A stretch of 64,000 nt of DNA from Candidatus Hydrogenedentota bacterium. GTDB lineage: Bacteria > Hydrogenedentota > Hydrogenedentia > Hydrogenedentales > SLHB01. Positions 49,109 to 59,553 of this stretch are shown here, one piece after another (positions within the stretch are counted from its first letter, which is position 1; the number at the start of each line of letters is the position of its first letter). The DNA is taken from contig CAXXTH010000022.1 of assembly GCA_963668025.2 (NCBI GenBank), positions 32,001-96,000 of the forward strand, in the 5' to 3' direction. The position numbers were made by a program, and so were the translations under genes. The notes beneath the pieces were generated by a model that was not told where the DNA came from, did no database searches, and was given only the letters and a program-made list of their open reading frames with translations.

Positions 49109-50725
49109 ATGGCTGATCGGAGCAATGGCATTCGCATGGATCGGTGGGCTACGCGCTTTGGCCTGGTGATGGCCATGGCGGGCAATGCCGTGGGTTTAGG
49201 GAATTTCCTGCGTTTTCCCGGTAAAGCCGCTCCATATGGCGGCGCATTCTTGGTGCCGTATCTGATATCGTTTGTCTTGCTTGGCATACCATTAATGTGG
49301 ATGGAATGGACCATAGGACGCCATGGCGGGCGGTATGGCCACGGCAGCACGCCGGGCATGTTCCATCGATTATGGAAACACCCCGTATCGAAATACCTGG
49401 GCATTTTCGGCGTTTTGCTCCCATTTATCATCGCATTGTATTACATATACATTGAATCGTGGGCGCTGGGATATGCTTGGAAGACCGCCACAGGCTCCTA
49501 TTGGGGCCAGACCTCGCGCACCCAGATGAGTGAAGTATTCACTACCTATCTGGGCATTGGCGAAGGCGTTCTGTCTTTTTCGCCAGCCGCCTATATGTTC
49601 TTTTTAATTACCTTCGCGGCCAACATTTTCGTGTTTTCCCGAGGAATCGAAAAAGGGATTGAAGTCCTGTCGAAATACGCCATGCCCGCGCTGGTTCTGC
49701 TGGGGATAGTGCTGGCAGCACGCGTCTTGACGCTCCAAGGCTCGGGCGAACAAACCGTTTCGAGGGGGTTGGCGCAGATTTGGGTGATCGATTGGTCGAT
49801 GCTGAAGAATCCTGCAATGTGGATGGATGCGACGGGACAAATTTTCCTCACACTCAGCGTAGGCCTTGGCATGCTCCATACCTATGCCAGCATTTTACGG
49901 GATGAAGATGATCTCACATTAAACGGTTTGGCGGCTTGTGCGACAAATGAATTTGTCGAGGTGATCTTGGGCGGCACGATCATTATTCCGGCGGCGGCGG
50001 TGTTCTTCGGCGTCGGCGAATTTGGCGAGATCATCCACAAAGGCAGTTTCGCAGATATGGGCTTTCAAACCCTGCCCGTCATTTTTCAGGAGATGTGGGG
50101 CGGACGGTTTTTCGGAACAATCTGGTTCATTCTACTCTTTCTTGCGGGCTTGACCTCGAGCGTCGCCATGTTTACACCCATGCTGCTATTCTTGCGAGAC
50201 GAGTTAAATCTAGACCACAATCGATTGGTCCTATGGATAACCGCAGTGGCCTTTATACTTTGCCAGCCAGTAATTTTATTCTTTCACCATGGCGTGCTCG
50301 ATGAGCTTGATGACTGGGCGGGCACGTTCTTCCTTGTGGTCTTCGCGGCCATAGAAGTAGTCGTGTTTATCTGGATATATGGGCTTGATAAAGGCTGGGT
50401 AGAAATGCACCTAGGAGCGGACTTGCGCATCCCGAAGCCTTTCTGTCATGTCATGCGTTTTCTAACGCCATTGTTTTTATTAGCCTTGCTCGCCTGGTTC
50501 ACCGTGATTAGCCCACTGGCGAACATGCACAACGAAGACGCCTTGGCCAATACCTTCTATGGCAAATTATTCATGATGAAAATCGCTGAAGCTGATGTTC
50601 CGTATCACTGGCTTGGCCGGGCCATCATTCTGGGCGTTGCGGCGTTTCTTGTGTGGGGTGTTTGGCAGGCCTGGCGGACTCATCCAAAATTCTTCGATGA
50701 CAGCAAAAACGGGAAGGCGGAATAG
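49109..50725 (+). CDS. Sodium-dependent NSS/SNF (LeuT-like) transporter
   Basis: RWATRFG, GNAVGLGNFLRFP, GGAFLVPY, GQIFLTLSVG motifs. Confidence 0.93.
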   Translation: MADRSNGIRMDRWATRFGLVMAMAGNAVGLGNFLRFPGKAAPYGGAFLVPYLISFVLLGIPLMWMEWTIGRHGGRYGHGSTPGMFHRLWKHPVSKYLGIFGVLLPFIIALYYIYIESWALGYAWKTATGSYWGQTSRTQMSEVFTTYLGIGEGVLSFSPAAYMFFLITFAANIFVFSRGIEKGIEVLSKYAMPALVLLGIVLAARVLTLQGSGEQTVSRGLAQIWVIDWSMLKNPAMWMDATGQIFLTLSVGLGMLHTYASILRDEDDLTLNGLAACATNEFVEVILGGTIIIPAAAVFFGVGEFGEIIHKGSFADMGFQTLPVIFQEMWGGRFFGTIWFILLFLAGLTSSVAMFTPMLLFLRDELNLDHNRLVLWITAVAFILCQPVILFFHHGVLDELDDWAGTFFLVVFAAIEVVVFIWIYGLDKGWVEMHLGADLRIPKPFCHVMRFLTPLFLLALLAWFTVISPLANMHNEDALANTFYGKLFMMKIAEADVPYHWLGRAIILGVAAFLVWGVWQAWRTHPKFFDDSKNGKAE

Positions 50726-50727
50726 CC

Positions 50728-50832
50728 ATGGAGATGACGCTTGGTTCATGGATCTATATGGCCATCGTGTGGGGGCTCATCATTGCGCTTAACGTGTTCT
50801 GTTTCGTTCGCATATTCCGGCACAAAAAATAA
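50728..50832 (+). CDS. Small single-TM protein, probable MetS-like NSS transporter small subunit
   Basis: MEMTLGSWIYMAIVWGLIIALNVFCFVRIFRHKK* starts 2 nt after the transporter stop. Below the ORF-track cut-off. Confidence 0.72.
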   Translation: MEMTLGSWIYMAIVWGLIIALNVFCFVRIFRHKK

Positions 50833-50901
50833 ATGGGAATCTTCTCCATGAAGAAGACTCCCCTCTGGCAGTCCAACTTTATCCTATCTGCGGGCTGCTT
50901 T

Positions 50902-52791
50902 TCAGCCTGCCCGGCGCTTATCTTCCCGCTTACGGTCTTCAAGGGCCATCAGGGCTTTGCGTACGCGAATCGATTTGGGGGTCACTTCCACCAGCTCATC
51001 GGATGCGATCCATTCGAGAGCCGTATCGAGCGTAAGCGTGCGGGGCACATCGAGCCCTTCAGAGTGATCTCTGCCTGCGGCGCGATGGTTTGTAAGGGCT
51101 TTGCGTTTAGTGGGATTGCAGGGCAAATCGCCTGGCCGGGAATTCTCGCCCACAATCATGCCTTCATAAATCGGGTCCATAGGCGTGATAAACAAGGTGC
51201 CGCGCTGTTGGAGATTCTCGATACTGTATGAAGTGGCGTCGCCAGATTCGACACTGATCATAGAGCCGCGCCCACGGGTAAATACATCGCCAGCCCAAGG
51301 GCCATACCCCACATAACGCGCCGACATGATCCCTAAACCGCGCGTATCGGTTAGAAATTCGTTGCGGTAGCCGATAAGCCCCCGGGTGGGGATTCGGAAT
51401 TCCAGGCGCACCATGCCACGGCCTTCGTTGTGCATATGCTTCAATTCGCCTTTGCGGAGCGACACTTTCTCGATCACAACGCCTTGGTGCTCCATCGGGA
51501 CATCAATCGCCAGATCTTCCATGGGCTCCATCAAGCGCCCTTGTTCATCCCGGTGCGTAATGACTTCAGGCGCGGACACGCACAGCTCCATTCCTTCGCG
51601 GCGAATTTCTTCAATCAGAATAGCTAAATGCAACTCTCCACGCCCGGAAACTTTCACGCCATCACTGCGCCCGACATCTTCCACACGCAAGGCCACGTTA
51701 ATGCGCAGTTCGCGTTCAAGGCGCGTCTTGATTTGACGCAGGGTTACAGCGTCGCCCTCACGGCCCGCGAAGGGGCCATTGTTCACGCAGAACAGCATGG
51801 ATACGGTAGGCTCCTCGATTTCAAGGGGCGGCAGCGCTGCATTTTCCAGTTCAGGAGCGGCAATGGTATCGCCAATGGCCAATTCCTTTGGGCCAGAAAT
51901 GGTGACAATGTCGCCTGCGGAAACTTCGTCCACCACTACGCTGTCCAGCCCTCGAGTCGCCCACAGATACACTACTTTTTCGTTATCCACGCCCACGACT
52001 TCCCACTCATCATTCATGGGCGATTGCGCCATGTGGCGGGCGGGATGGAGCCATCGCGTGTTAGTGCGATTGATGCGATCACCGGGGTGCAAACGGCCTT
52101 GCAGCACCCGCCCCGTGCCTGTGCGCCCGATATGGTCACGCCAGCCCAGCGTACTCACTTGCATGAGAAATGGCGCTTCGCTGTCGCCTGTAGGCGCGGG
52201 CACATGGGAGACAATGGTTTCGAAGAGGGCATCCATGCCTTCATGCGGTTCCGTATCGAGATCACGCACCAGCCAGCCATGAAGCCCTGAGCCATATAGC
52301 ACGGCGAAATCACACTGCGTATCCGTGGCGCCTAATTCCACAAAGAGATCGAAGGTCTTGTCCAGAGCGGACGCGGGATTGGCGTTGGGCCTGTCTGCTT
52401 TATTGATGACCACGATGGGGCGCAAGCCTAGCCGCAGGGCGCGCATGAGCACATACCGCGTTTGGGGCATGGGCCCCTCGTTGGCGTCCACCAACAGCAA
52501 TACGGAGTCCACCATGGACAAGATACGCTCGACTTCGCCCGAAAAATCGGCGTGGCCCGGCGTATCAATGATGTTAATGCGGTAGCCTTTCCACTCGACG
52601 GTGCAATGCTTTGACCGAATGGTGATGCCGCGTTCGCGTTCGAGTTCGTTGCTATCCATGATGCGATCAGATACGCGCGCATTGTTGCGGAACGTGTGCG
52701 CCTCGCGGAAAATGCTGTCGATCAAGGTAGTCTTGCCATGATCGATGTGGGCGATGATGGCCACATTGCGGATGTGGTCGATACGAATCAT
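50902..52791 (-). CDS. typA: Translational GTPase TypA/BipA
   Basis: [65 protein letters not shown]. Confidence 0.97.
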   Translation of the reverse strand: MIRIDHIRNVAIIAHIDHGKTTLIDSIFREAHTFRNNARVSDRIMDSNELERERGITIRSKHCTVEWKGYRINIIDTPGHADFSGEVERILSMVDSVLLLVDANEGPMPQTRYVLMRALRLGLRPIVVINKADRPNANPASALDKTFDLFVELGATDTQCDFAVLYGSGLHGWLVRDLDTEPHEGMDALFETIVSHVPAPTGDSEAPFLMQVSTLGWRDHIGRTGTGRVLQGRLHPGDRINRTNTRWLHPARHMAQSPMNDEWEVVGVDNEKVVYLWATRGLDSVVVDEVSAGDIVTISGPKELAIGDTIAAPELENAALPPLEIEEPTVSMLFCVNNGPFAGREGDAVTLRQIKTRLERELRINVALRVEDVGRSDGVKVSGRGELHLAILIEEIRREGMELCVSAPEVITHRDEQGRLMEPMEDLAIDVPMEHQGVVIEKVSLRKGELKHMHNEGRGMVRLEFRIPTRGLIGYRNEFLTDTRGLGIMSARYVGYGPWAGDVFTRGRGSMISVESGDATSYSIENLQQRGTLFITPMDPIYEGMIVGENSRPGDLPCNPTKRKALTNHRAAGRDHSEGLDVPRTLTLDTALEWIASDELVEVTPKSIRVRKALMALEDRKREDKRRAG

Positions 52792-53049
52792 GTAAAAAAC
52801 ACTCCTTCGAGGGCCTGGTTTGCCGCCTTGGGCGCATTCCATGCGCCTGCGGCCGGTGCGGAAAAGCATATAGGCAGTGCAAATCGACGACAATATCAAA
52901 AGCTATGTAGTTTAGCAAAAACGGCTATTGCAGCGCAAATTGTCCGAGAACCGTCTTTTTACATCACTATTGCAATGATTGGGCAAGCGAAGCGTTTACT
53001 ATTCGTTAGAATCCGGGGAATATGCCGCGAAGCATGGCTGCCCCTCTTA

Positions 53050-55308
53050 TCAGGGCATCCATCGATGAAGAGGAAAGCTGAGCGCGAGAGCAAGAATCGC
53101 GAGCGCAGCCACACCGGCGCCGGCGTAAAGCACTCGAGGACGATATGCCATGACGATTTCATGCGTTCCTTCCGGACAAGCGACGCCACGAAAAAGGCCA
53201 TTTGCCCGGAGTATTTCGGCTGGCTGGCCATCTAGCGTGGCGCGCCATCCTGGGGCGTATGAATCCAGCAAAACGGCCACCCCCGCCGTGGGGGCGTCTA
53301 CGCGTAGAATGATTTTTTCAGGAGAAATCTCCTCTATGGCGCATGCAGCCTGATTTCGGCTAGGAAGCGGCCCTGCGGTCGATGCGTTTGAAAACGAATT
53401 CGGCGCACTATCCAGCAAGCATTCGTAATCCCGGTTAAAGTTCACATCACCAAGCAGATCAGCGGCGGCGGCGCTCGTGTATCCCGCCCGCCATGCCGGA
53501 ACCCAATAGGCGCGTGGCATGGCGCTCTCGTTAAGGAAAATTCGGATATTCCCCGGGGCGTGCGTAAGATGCAAGCGAGGCCCCTGGCCTCGCCATTCGC
53601 CAGTATATAACGGTCCTTCCGAAGTGGCCATGATGACACGGGCCGCCATGTAATTGAGCAGATTTGGCATTTCCGCTTCCGGCAGCACATTGCTTGCCGT
53701 TGCTTGAAAAGATGCCGCGCTGGACTGGCCCAAGCGCTCCCACCAGACCGCTTGCTCTTGGGTCAACGGAAGATGCGCCCCCCCCACCGCCATCAGGGGC
53801 GAAAGCATGCCCAGATTGCCTGGCATACCGGTATCCAATGGCCCTGGTGAAAGGAGAACCCTTCCTCCGGCGGATAAATCAACCGCTTCTTGTATGGCGG
53901 AGCTATATCGCTGATAACAGCCAGGCGCATCGGAGAAGGGGTGGCGGTATGCGTTGACGTTCGCGATAGTGAGATCGAAGAAAAGAAATATCGCCAACGC
54001 CGCCGCGCAAAATGTAAGAAACCATCGATGCCGGACCAGCAGCATGGGAAATAAAATACATAAAAAAACGATAATATAACCTCGAGCTTGGTCCGCGGAT
54101 ATCCAGAATAGCAACCCCGCTAAAAACAACATTGCGAGGCCAGGCAGCCAAGCGGTGGGAACTCGAGGGTCTTGCGGGCGCACTGTAAGCCGGTCCGCGC
54201 CGATGGCCGCCAGCAACGCCGCACAGAGCGACATGGGAAAGAGCATGGCTTCCCGCGGATACACCGAGGGCAGGATGGATGCGCCAGACAGATATAATCC
54301 AGCACATCCGGCAAGACATACAAAGAGAATAACGACATTCCGGCGCTGCGGCCAATGAAAACAAGCCGCCAGAAGGAAAAAGAGGGTGATGATGCCCACA
54401 TACCCCATGCGAGGCAAAGCGCCAGACTGGCACATAATGAGCTGTAATGCCATCGCGCGCAACCCGGAAGGCGCTTGCGTATCGAGGTCTAGCCTCCATA
54501 GGAAATCCCAGGGCTGCTCCAAGCCAGCAATCCACCATATAGCCGGCAGCCATTGTACGGCGGAAAGCCCCAGGGAGAATAGGGCTGCAGCGGCAAGCCC
54601 CGCCACCGCACGGGAAAAGCTCGGCGGCCGTTCACCCTGTTCCGGCAGCAACAGGCCCAATAGCGCCATCGGTATGAGAAGAAGCAGCATGGCGGCAATG
54701 ATGCTTGCCGCTCCCGATAAAATGAAAAGGCCGCCTGTAACGCCAGATAGACAGGCGTATCTCCATTTCCAAGTCATCAGGTAGACACGGAGGCCCAAGA
54801 AACAGAAGGGCGCCCACGCCAACGCATCCGCAAGCGACGGCTGGGACATAGCGGAGGCGGAAGCGCCACAAAACGCGTATACAATTCCCGCTAGAAAGGC
54901 GGGTGCGTATCCTGATCCGAAAGAGAGGGCGAGTAGCGCGCAGCCTAGCCCCATAAAAAACAGGCATAAGAATGGATGTACGGCCATTGCGCGTTCGGTG
55001 GAAAGAAACAAGAAAGGCGCGTTCAGCGGTTGAAACAATCCGACGCGGGGATCCGTATACAGGGGAGCGCCGCAGAGTTGGCGAGGATTCCACAAGGGAA
55101 GCTCCGCCTCCCGGACCCGGCCATATGCGTAGTGAAACATGGGATAGACATATTGGTACAACTCGCTGTTTTCATAGGACTTGATAGGCATTTCTTTGCT
55201 CAGCTCGACATGCTTCCAATAGAGCGGAGCCAGCCACAGGAACATGGCGGCGATGCAAAATATCGGCCAGAAAGATATGGCCCGGGGCTGTGTGTCTGAT
55301 GTATTCAA
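53050..55308 (-). CDS. YfhO family multi-pass membrane protein (GT-C-like)
   Basis: LPLWNP...G.P, LSAVQWLP, AMPRAY, YAPGWRATLDG..ILRANGLFRGV motifs. Confidence 0.8.
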   Translation of the reverse strand: MNTSDTQPRAISFWPIFCIAAMFLWLAPLYWKHVELSKEMPIKSYENSELYQYVYPMFHYAYGRVREAELPLWNPRQLCGAPLYTDPRVGLFQPLNAPFLFLSTERAMAVHPFLCLFFMGLGCALLALSFGSGYAPAFLAGIVYAFCGASASAMSQPSLADALAWAPFCFLGLRVYLMTWKWRYACLSGVTGGLFILSGAASIIAAMLLLLIPMALLGLLLPEQGERPPSFSRAVAGLAAAALFSLGLSAVQWLPAIWWIAGLEQPWDFLWRLDLDTQAPSGLRAMALQLIMCQSGALPRMGYVGIITLFFLLAACFHWPQRRNVVILFVCLAGCAGLYLSGASILPSVYPREAMLFPMSLCAALLAAIGADRLTVRPQDPRVPTAWLPGLAMLFLAGLLFWISADQARGYIIVFLCILFPMLLVRHRWFLTFCAAALAIFLFFDLTIANVNAYRHPFSDAPGCYQRYSSAIQEAVDLSAGGRVLLSPGPLDTGMPGNLGMLSPLMAVGGAHLPLTQEQAVWWERLGQSSAASFQATASNVLPEAEMPNLLNYMAARVIMATSEGPLYTGEWRGQGPRLHLTHAPGNIRIFLNESAMPRAYWVPAWRAGYTSAAAADLLGDVNFNRDYECLLDSAPNSFSNASTAGPLPSRNQAACAIEEISPEKIILRVDAPTAGVAVLLDSYAPGWRATLDGQPAEILRANGLFRGVACPEGTHEIVMAYRPRVLYAGAGVAALAILALALSFPLHRWMP

Positions 55309-55402
55309 AGTCTATCCAGTCCGCAAAATGGCCCAACGCGTATGGGGGCATATCCCCCATCTTCAAGCATAACTTGCGATGCCAATCGCTCAAACTCATA
55401 TA

Positions 55403-55488
55403 TTTAGTGAAGCTGTGGCCTCAGAGAGCACAAGAGGCTCAAGAAAAGGATTTCCTTTACGTTTCTTGCGCCTTTTATGGCAGCTAAA
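55403..55488. repeat. Imperfect inverted repeat related to the 41963 hairpin
   Basis: gcacaagaggctcaagaaa ... tttcttgcgccttttatggc; shares the AGAGGC(G/T)CAAGA core. Confidence 0.5.
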
Positions 55489-55545
55489 CAGAATTGGCTT
55501 GCTGGCTTGCGTTTTTAAATTTACAATGTATTTTTCCGGTGAAAT

Positions 55546-56532
55546 TCATTCCACCTCTGTTAATGCCTGTAAAGCGTATTCATGTAGCTTGCCATTGGAA
55601 GCCAGCACGCCCCGGTTCCGTTCAAGCATGCGGCCTGCGGAGAAATCCAGCGGCGCGCCGCCGAGGTCGGTTATCCGGCCACCAGCCTCCTCGACCACCA
55701 AGGAGCCAGCCGCTTGATCCCAAATCCGCTCGCGGTAATCCGGCTGGCGGCTCGACAGCAATCGGAATAGCAGTTCGCCGCTTCCGGCCGCCATCACCGC
55801 ATATTTGGCCTGGCTGTCCATCCGCACCGGTTCGGCGGCCACGCCCATGTGCGCCAAGATGCGGTCGAGACGGCTGACATTAGTATGGGCGGCCTCAGCG
55901 GAACGCAAGACTCGCGCCTCCGCTGGTTCTCCACGGCCTGACACATGTAATTGTTCAAAAACACCGCCCTCCATGCCACGCAGCCATGTCCCTCCGCCAC
56001 GAAACGCCGCGACAAGGGAGCCTGGACCGCCCATTTGGCACGAGCGGGGATCGGCCAAATTTGGGCAAGCCAGAACGCCCAGGCGAACCTTTGCTTGCTC
56101 GATGCGCGCCAGAGCGACGGCATATTGTTCGCCGCGTAGAAAGCCTTTGGTTCCATCTATGGGATCCAATACCCAATAAGCCCCGGCTGGTTCCCCATTG
56201 CCCCGGTCGATCCATCGGCAAATCCGCTCCGGCGTGGCGTCCGCGCGGAAACGGCGTACGAATGCGGCCACCCGCTCCAGCATGTTCCGGGCATCCGGCT
56301 GGCGCAATGCCGCCGCATTCTCTTCCGCCACGAGCACCGAGCTTGAATCATATTCTTCCAAAAACACTCCGATAAGCGCTTGCACTGCGAAATCGGCGAC
56401 CGTCACGGGAGAACGGTCTTCTTTGACCATCGCCGGACTGGCTATTTCCTGTTGGATGAGCCGGGCGAGTTTTCCTGCCTGTGCGGCGGCCTCGATGGCA
56501 AAACAGAAATCCGGGCTATTCGGAATTTGCAT
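55546..56532 (-). CDS. 3'(2'),5'-bisphosphate nucleotidase, HAL2/MET22-type (IMPase superfamily)
   Basis: KEDRSPVTVADF, WVLDPIDGTKGFLRGEQYAVAL, DSQAKY, IWDQAAG motifs. Confidence 0.9.
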   Translation of the reverse strand: MQIPNSPDFCFAIEAAAQAGKLARLIQQEIASPAMVKEDRSPVTVADFAVQALIGVFLEEYDSSSVLVAEENAAALRQPDARNMLERVAAFVRRFRADATPERICRWIDRGNGEPAGAYWVLDPIDGTKGFLRGEQYAVALARIEQAKVRLGVLACPNLADPRSCQMGGPGSLVAAFRGGGTWLRGMEGGVFEQLHVSGRGEPAEARVLRSAEAAHTNVSRLDRILAHMGVAAEPVRMDSQAKYAVMAAGSGELLFRLLSSRQPDYRERIWDQAAGSLVVEEAGGRITDLGGAPLDFSAGRMLERNRGVLASNGKLHEYALQALTEVE

Positions 56533-56774
56533 CTCGCATCCTTTGATATATCCACCCCAAAAACCGTGAATATGCATTTGATTCCTAGACTCTGGCCTCC
56601 GGTAAAGGGGCCATATGCGCATTGTACCGATTAAAGTATGAGAATGAAAAGCAAACGAATTGTGTTCGCATTGATGTTCGTGGCAATATTAGCGTTCTCT
56701 TTTGGTTAAGAACAGCGCCGTTTCCGATCTCTTGTATGGGGAGATGCCTGGGACGGCCAGAAATAGGTGGTTGT

Positions 56775-58715
56775 ATGAGCATGATATTTGTCCAATTACC
56801 CGATGGATCGAAAAAGGAATTATCCGAAGGAAGTTCGGCGCTGGATTTAGCGTCGGGCATCGGCCGCCGTTTGGCCGAAGCCGCCATGGGCGCGCGCATC
56901 AATGGCGCGGTGGCAGGCCTGGCCACTACGCTCAATGATGGCGACACCGTGGAGATTCTGACGTTCGACACGCGGGAAGGACAAGACGTGTTCCGGCATA
57001 GCGCCGCCCACCTTATGGCATCCGCGATCATGAAGGTGCGCCCCAACACGAAGCTCGCGATTGGACCTTCCATCGAAGATGGTTTTTATTATGATATCGA
57101 CGCGGATCCGCCACTGACCGAAGAGGACTTTCCGGCCATCGAGGCGGAAATGGCGGCCCTCGTAAAAGCGGACGCCCCTTTCGTACGCCGTGAAGTATCG
57201 AAGGCGGAAGCGCTTAATCATTTCCGCGCGCAAGGCGATATCTATAAGGTGGAGCTGATCGAGGGGCTCGAGGACGGCGCGATCACCTATTATGATAACG
57301 GCGATTTCACGGATCTATGCCGCGGGCCGCATCTGCCTTCGACGGGCCGCATCAAGGCGTTCAAGCTCTTGAGCGTGGCGGGCGCATATTGGCGGGGAGA
57401 CGAGAAACGCCCCATGCTCCAGCGCATCTATGGCACGGCGTTTCCGAATAAGAAACAACTGGATGAATACCTGGCGCTACGCGCGGAAGCGGAAAAGCGT
57501 GACCACCGCCGCTTGGGCCGCCAGTTGGACCTGTTCAGCTTCCATACCGCAGGCCCAGGCTTCCCCTTCTTCCACCCGAAGGGGATGATCGTATTGAACT
57601 CCCTGCTCGATTTTTGGCACGAAGAGCACCGCAAACGGGGGTATGGCCAAGTACGCACGCCCATCATCCTCGACCGGGGCCTTTGGGAGCAGTCGGGCCA
57701 CTGGGACCATTATAAAGAGAACATGTACTTCACGCAGATCGATGAGCGTGATTACGCCGTTAAGCCCATGAACTGCCCCGGCGGCATGCTTATTTATAAA
57801 ACCGCCAAGCGAAGCTATCGCGATCTGCCCATGCGCATGGCCGAGTTGGGAACGGTGCACCGGCATGAGAAATCGGGCGTATTGCACGGCCTGACCCGCG
57901 TGCGCATGTTCACGCAGGACGACGCGCATATCTTCATGACACCCGAACAGATCCAGAAAGAGGTTATCGGGGTCATCGATTTCGTGGACACCGTATACTC
58001 TTTATTCGGCCTCGAATATGCGGTCGAGTTAAGTACGCGGCCCGAGAAGTCCATCGGCAGCGACGAGATGTGGGAAACCGCCACATCCAGCCTGAAAAGC
58101 GCCCTCGAAGCCAAAGGAATGGCATTCAAGATTAATGAAGGCGACGGCGCGTTTTACGGGCCCAAGATCGATTTCCATGTCCGCGATTCACTGAAACGTT
58201 CTTGGCAGTGCGCCACGATCCAGCTTGATTTCGCCATGCCAGAAAAATTTGATCTTGAATACACCGGCCCCGATGGCAATGCCCACCGGCCCGTAATGAT
58301 TCATCGCGTCATTTACGGCGCGATTGAACGGTTTCTTGGCATCTTAATCGAGCATTTCGCGGGCGCATTCCCCACGTGGCTGGCTCCCGTGCAAGCGGTG
58401 GTCATTCCGGTAGCCTCCGCGTTCGAAGACTACGCCAAGGAAGTCAATGGCGCGCTCTTCGCCCGTGGTTTCCGCGTCGAGGTGGACGATAGCACCGAGA
58501 CAATGAAGTACAAGATCCGCAACGCCCAGACCCAGCAGATTCCTTATATGCTTGTTGTAGGCGAACGCGAGCGCGAGAACAGAACCGTGGCGGTCCGCCA
58601 TCGCCGCCATGGAGATCTCGGCAGTTTGTCGCTCGATACATTCGTGGAGCGCCTGGGTGAAGAAGTGCGAACCAGAGCGCTGGATACGGCTTTAGCGGTT
58701 CCAAAGGCCGAGTGA
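56775..58715 (+). CDS. thrS: Threonine--tRNA ligase
   Basis: TGS domain, RHSAAH, DLCRGPH, SGHWDHY, KPMNCP, GAFYGPK, QCATIQLD, C-terminal anticodon-binding domain. Confidence 0.98.
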   Translation: MSMIFVQLPDGSKKELSEGSSALDLASGIGRRLAEAAMGARINGAVAGLATTLNDGDTVEILTFDTREGQDVFRHSAAHLMASAIMKVRPNTKLAIGPSIEDGFYYDIDADPPLTEEDFPAIEAEMAALVKADAPFVRREVSKAEALNHFRAQGDIYKVELIEGLEDGAITYYDNGDFTDLCRGPHLPSTGRIKAFKLLSVAGAYWRGDEKRPMLQRIYGTAFPNKKQLDEYLALRAEAEKRDHRRLGRQLDLFSFHTAGPGFPFFHPKGMIVLNSLLDFWHEEHRKRGYGQVRTPIILDRGLWEQSGHWDHYKENMYFTQIDERDYAVKPMNCPGGMLIYKTAKRSYRDLPMRMAELGTVHRHEKSGVLHGLTRVRMFTQDDAHIFMTPEQIQKEVIGVIDFVDTVYSLFGLEYAVELSTRPEKSIGSDEMWETATSSLKSALEAKGMAFKINEGDGAFYGPKIDFHVRDSLKRSWQCATIQLDFAMPEKFDLEYTGPDGNAHRPVMIHRVIYGAIERFLGILIEHFAGAFPTWLAPVQAVVIPVASAFEDYAKEVNGALFARGFRVEVDDSTETMKYKIRNAQTQQIPYMLVVGERERENRTVAVRHRRHGDLGSLSLDTFVERLGEEVRTRALDTALAVPKAE

Positions 58716-58743
58716 AGCGCCGCTTCTCGAGAAGGTTTATGTA

Positions 58744-59085
58744 ATGCCAAACGAACGAAAACCTGCTATTGACGATCTGGTCATTGGCCAGTGCGCCATG
58801 TGCGGCGGGCCGGTCCCTGAGCATGGCGCGGTGCGGGATACGCGGCATAATCTGTTTTGCAGCGCCGCCTGCGCGGACAAATTCGCCGCATTCGCGGACC
58901 GGGTGGTGCATGCCCAAACAAGCCCGCCGCCGCCTCTCCGGCTGCGCTACCGGCTTAAAACCTTGTTTCGAAGGCTCGTAATTGCGATTATCTTCCTTGT
59001 GGTATTCGGCGCGGCTACAACTTATTTTGATGTTCCCGTATTCGCTCCTTTTTTCCGGCGCATATTGGAAACAGTAGGCATGTAG
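58744..59085 (+). CDS. Small membrane protein with CxxC...CxxxC (TRASH-like) metal-binding motif
   Basis: CAMCGG...FCSAAC plus C-terminal TM helix; tightly linked to thrS. Confidence 0.6.
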   Translation: MPNERKPAIDDLVIGQCAMCGGPVPEHGAVRDTRHNLFCSAACADKFAAFADRVVHAQTSPPPPLRLRYRLKTLFRRLVIAIIFLVVFGAATTYFDVPVFAPFFRRILETVGM

Positions 59086-59094
59086 GAATAAAAC

Positions 59095-59553
59095 ATGCGT
59101 TTTAGCAGATTAATATGGATCTTTATCGCCGTGATTCTGGTGGCGCTGGGCTGGCTGCTCACGGATTCCGGCATCGAGTTCATGCATCAAAAGTTTCTTG
59201 CAAATCCTGCGGCGGACTCCGCTCGAGGCGGCTTTAATGAGGCCGGATTAAGCCGGTTAGGCGGTTTTCTGCAAGCGACCTTCCGTTTTGAAAAAGCGGA
59301 GAGTGTTCTGACGGACGCCATAACCTTGTATCCCGATGGAGCCAATTATTGGTTTAACCTGTACCGATTGGCGAAAGCCAAGGAAAAATTGGACAAAGAA
59401 CAAGAAGCCGTGAATATTCTGGACCGCATCATCAAGGAAAATGCAGGCGGCGGGCTGGATGAACGCCTGCCAAGCAATAACATCCTTGAATTGCGGCGGA
59501 ACAAAATCACCGAAGCGATAGAGCAAACCGATACGGGCGCTTCGGAGCCATGA
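59095..59553 (+). CDS. Membrane-anchored TPR-like protein
   Basis: N-terminal TM; AESVLTDAITLYPDG...LYRLAKA TPR pattern. Overlaps the rlmB start (ATGA). Confidence 0.65.
   Translation: MRFSRLIWIFIAVILVALGWLLTDSGIEFMHQKFLANPAADSARGGFNEAGLSRLGGFLQATFRFEKAESVLTDAITLYPDGANYWFNLYRLAKAKEKLDKEQEAVNILDRIIKENAGGGLDERLPSNNILELRRNKITEAIEQTDTGASEP

Noticed and set aside
56622-56775. T-box riboswitch upstream of thrS
   Set aside because: No T-box consensus (AAGGTGGTACCGCG-like) and no terminator/antiterminator pair.
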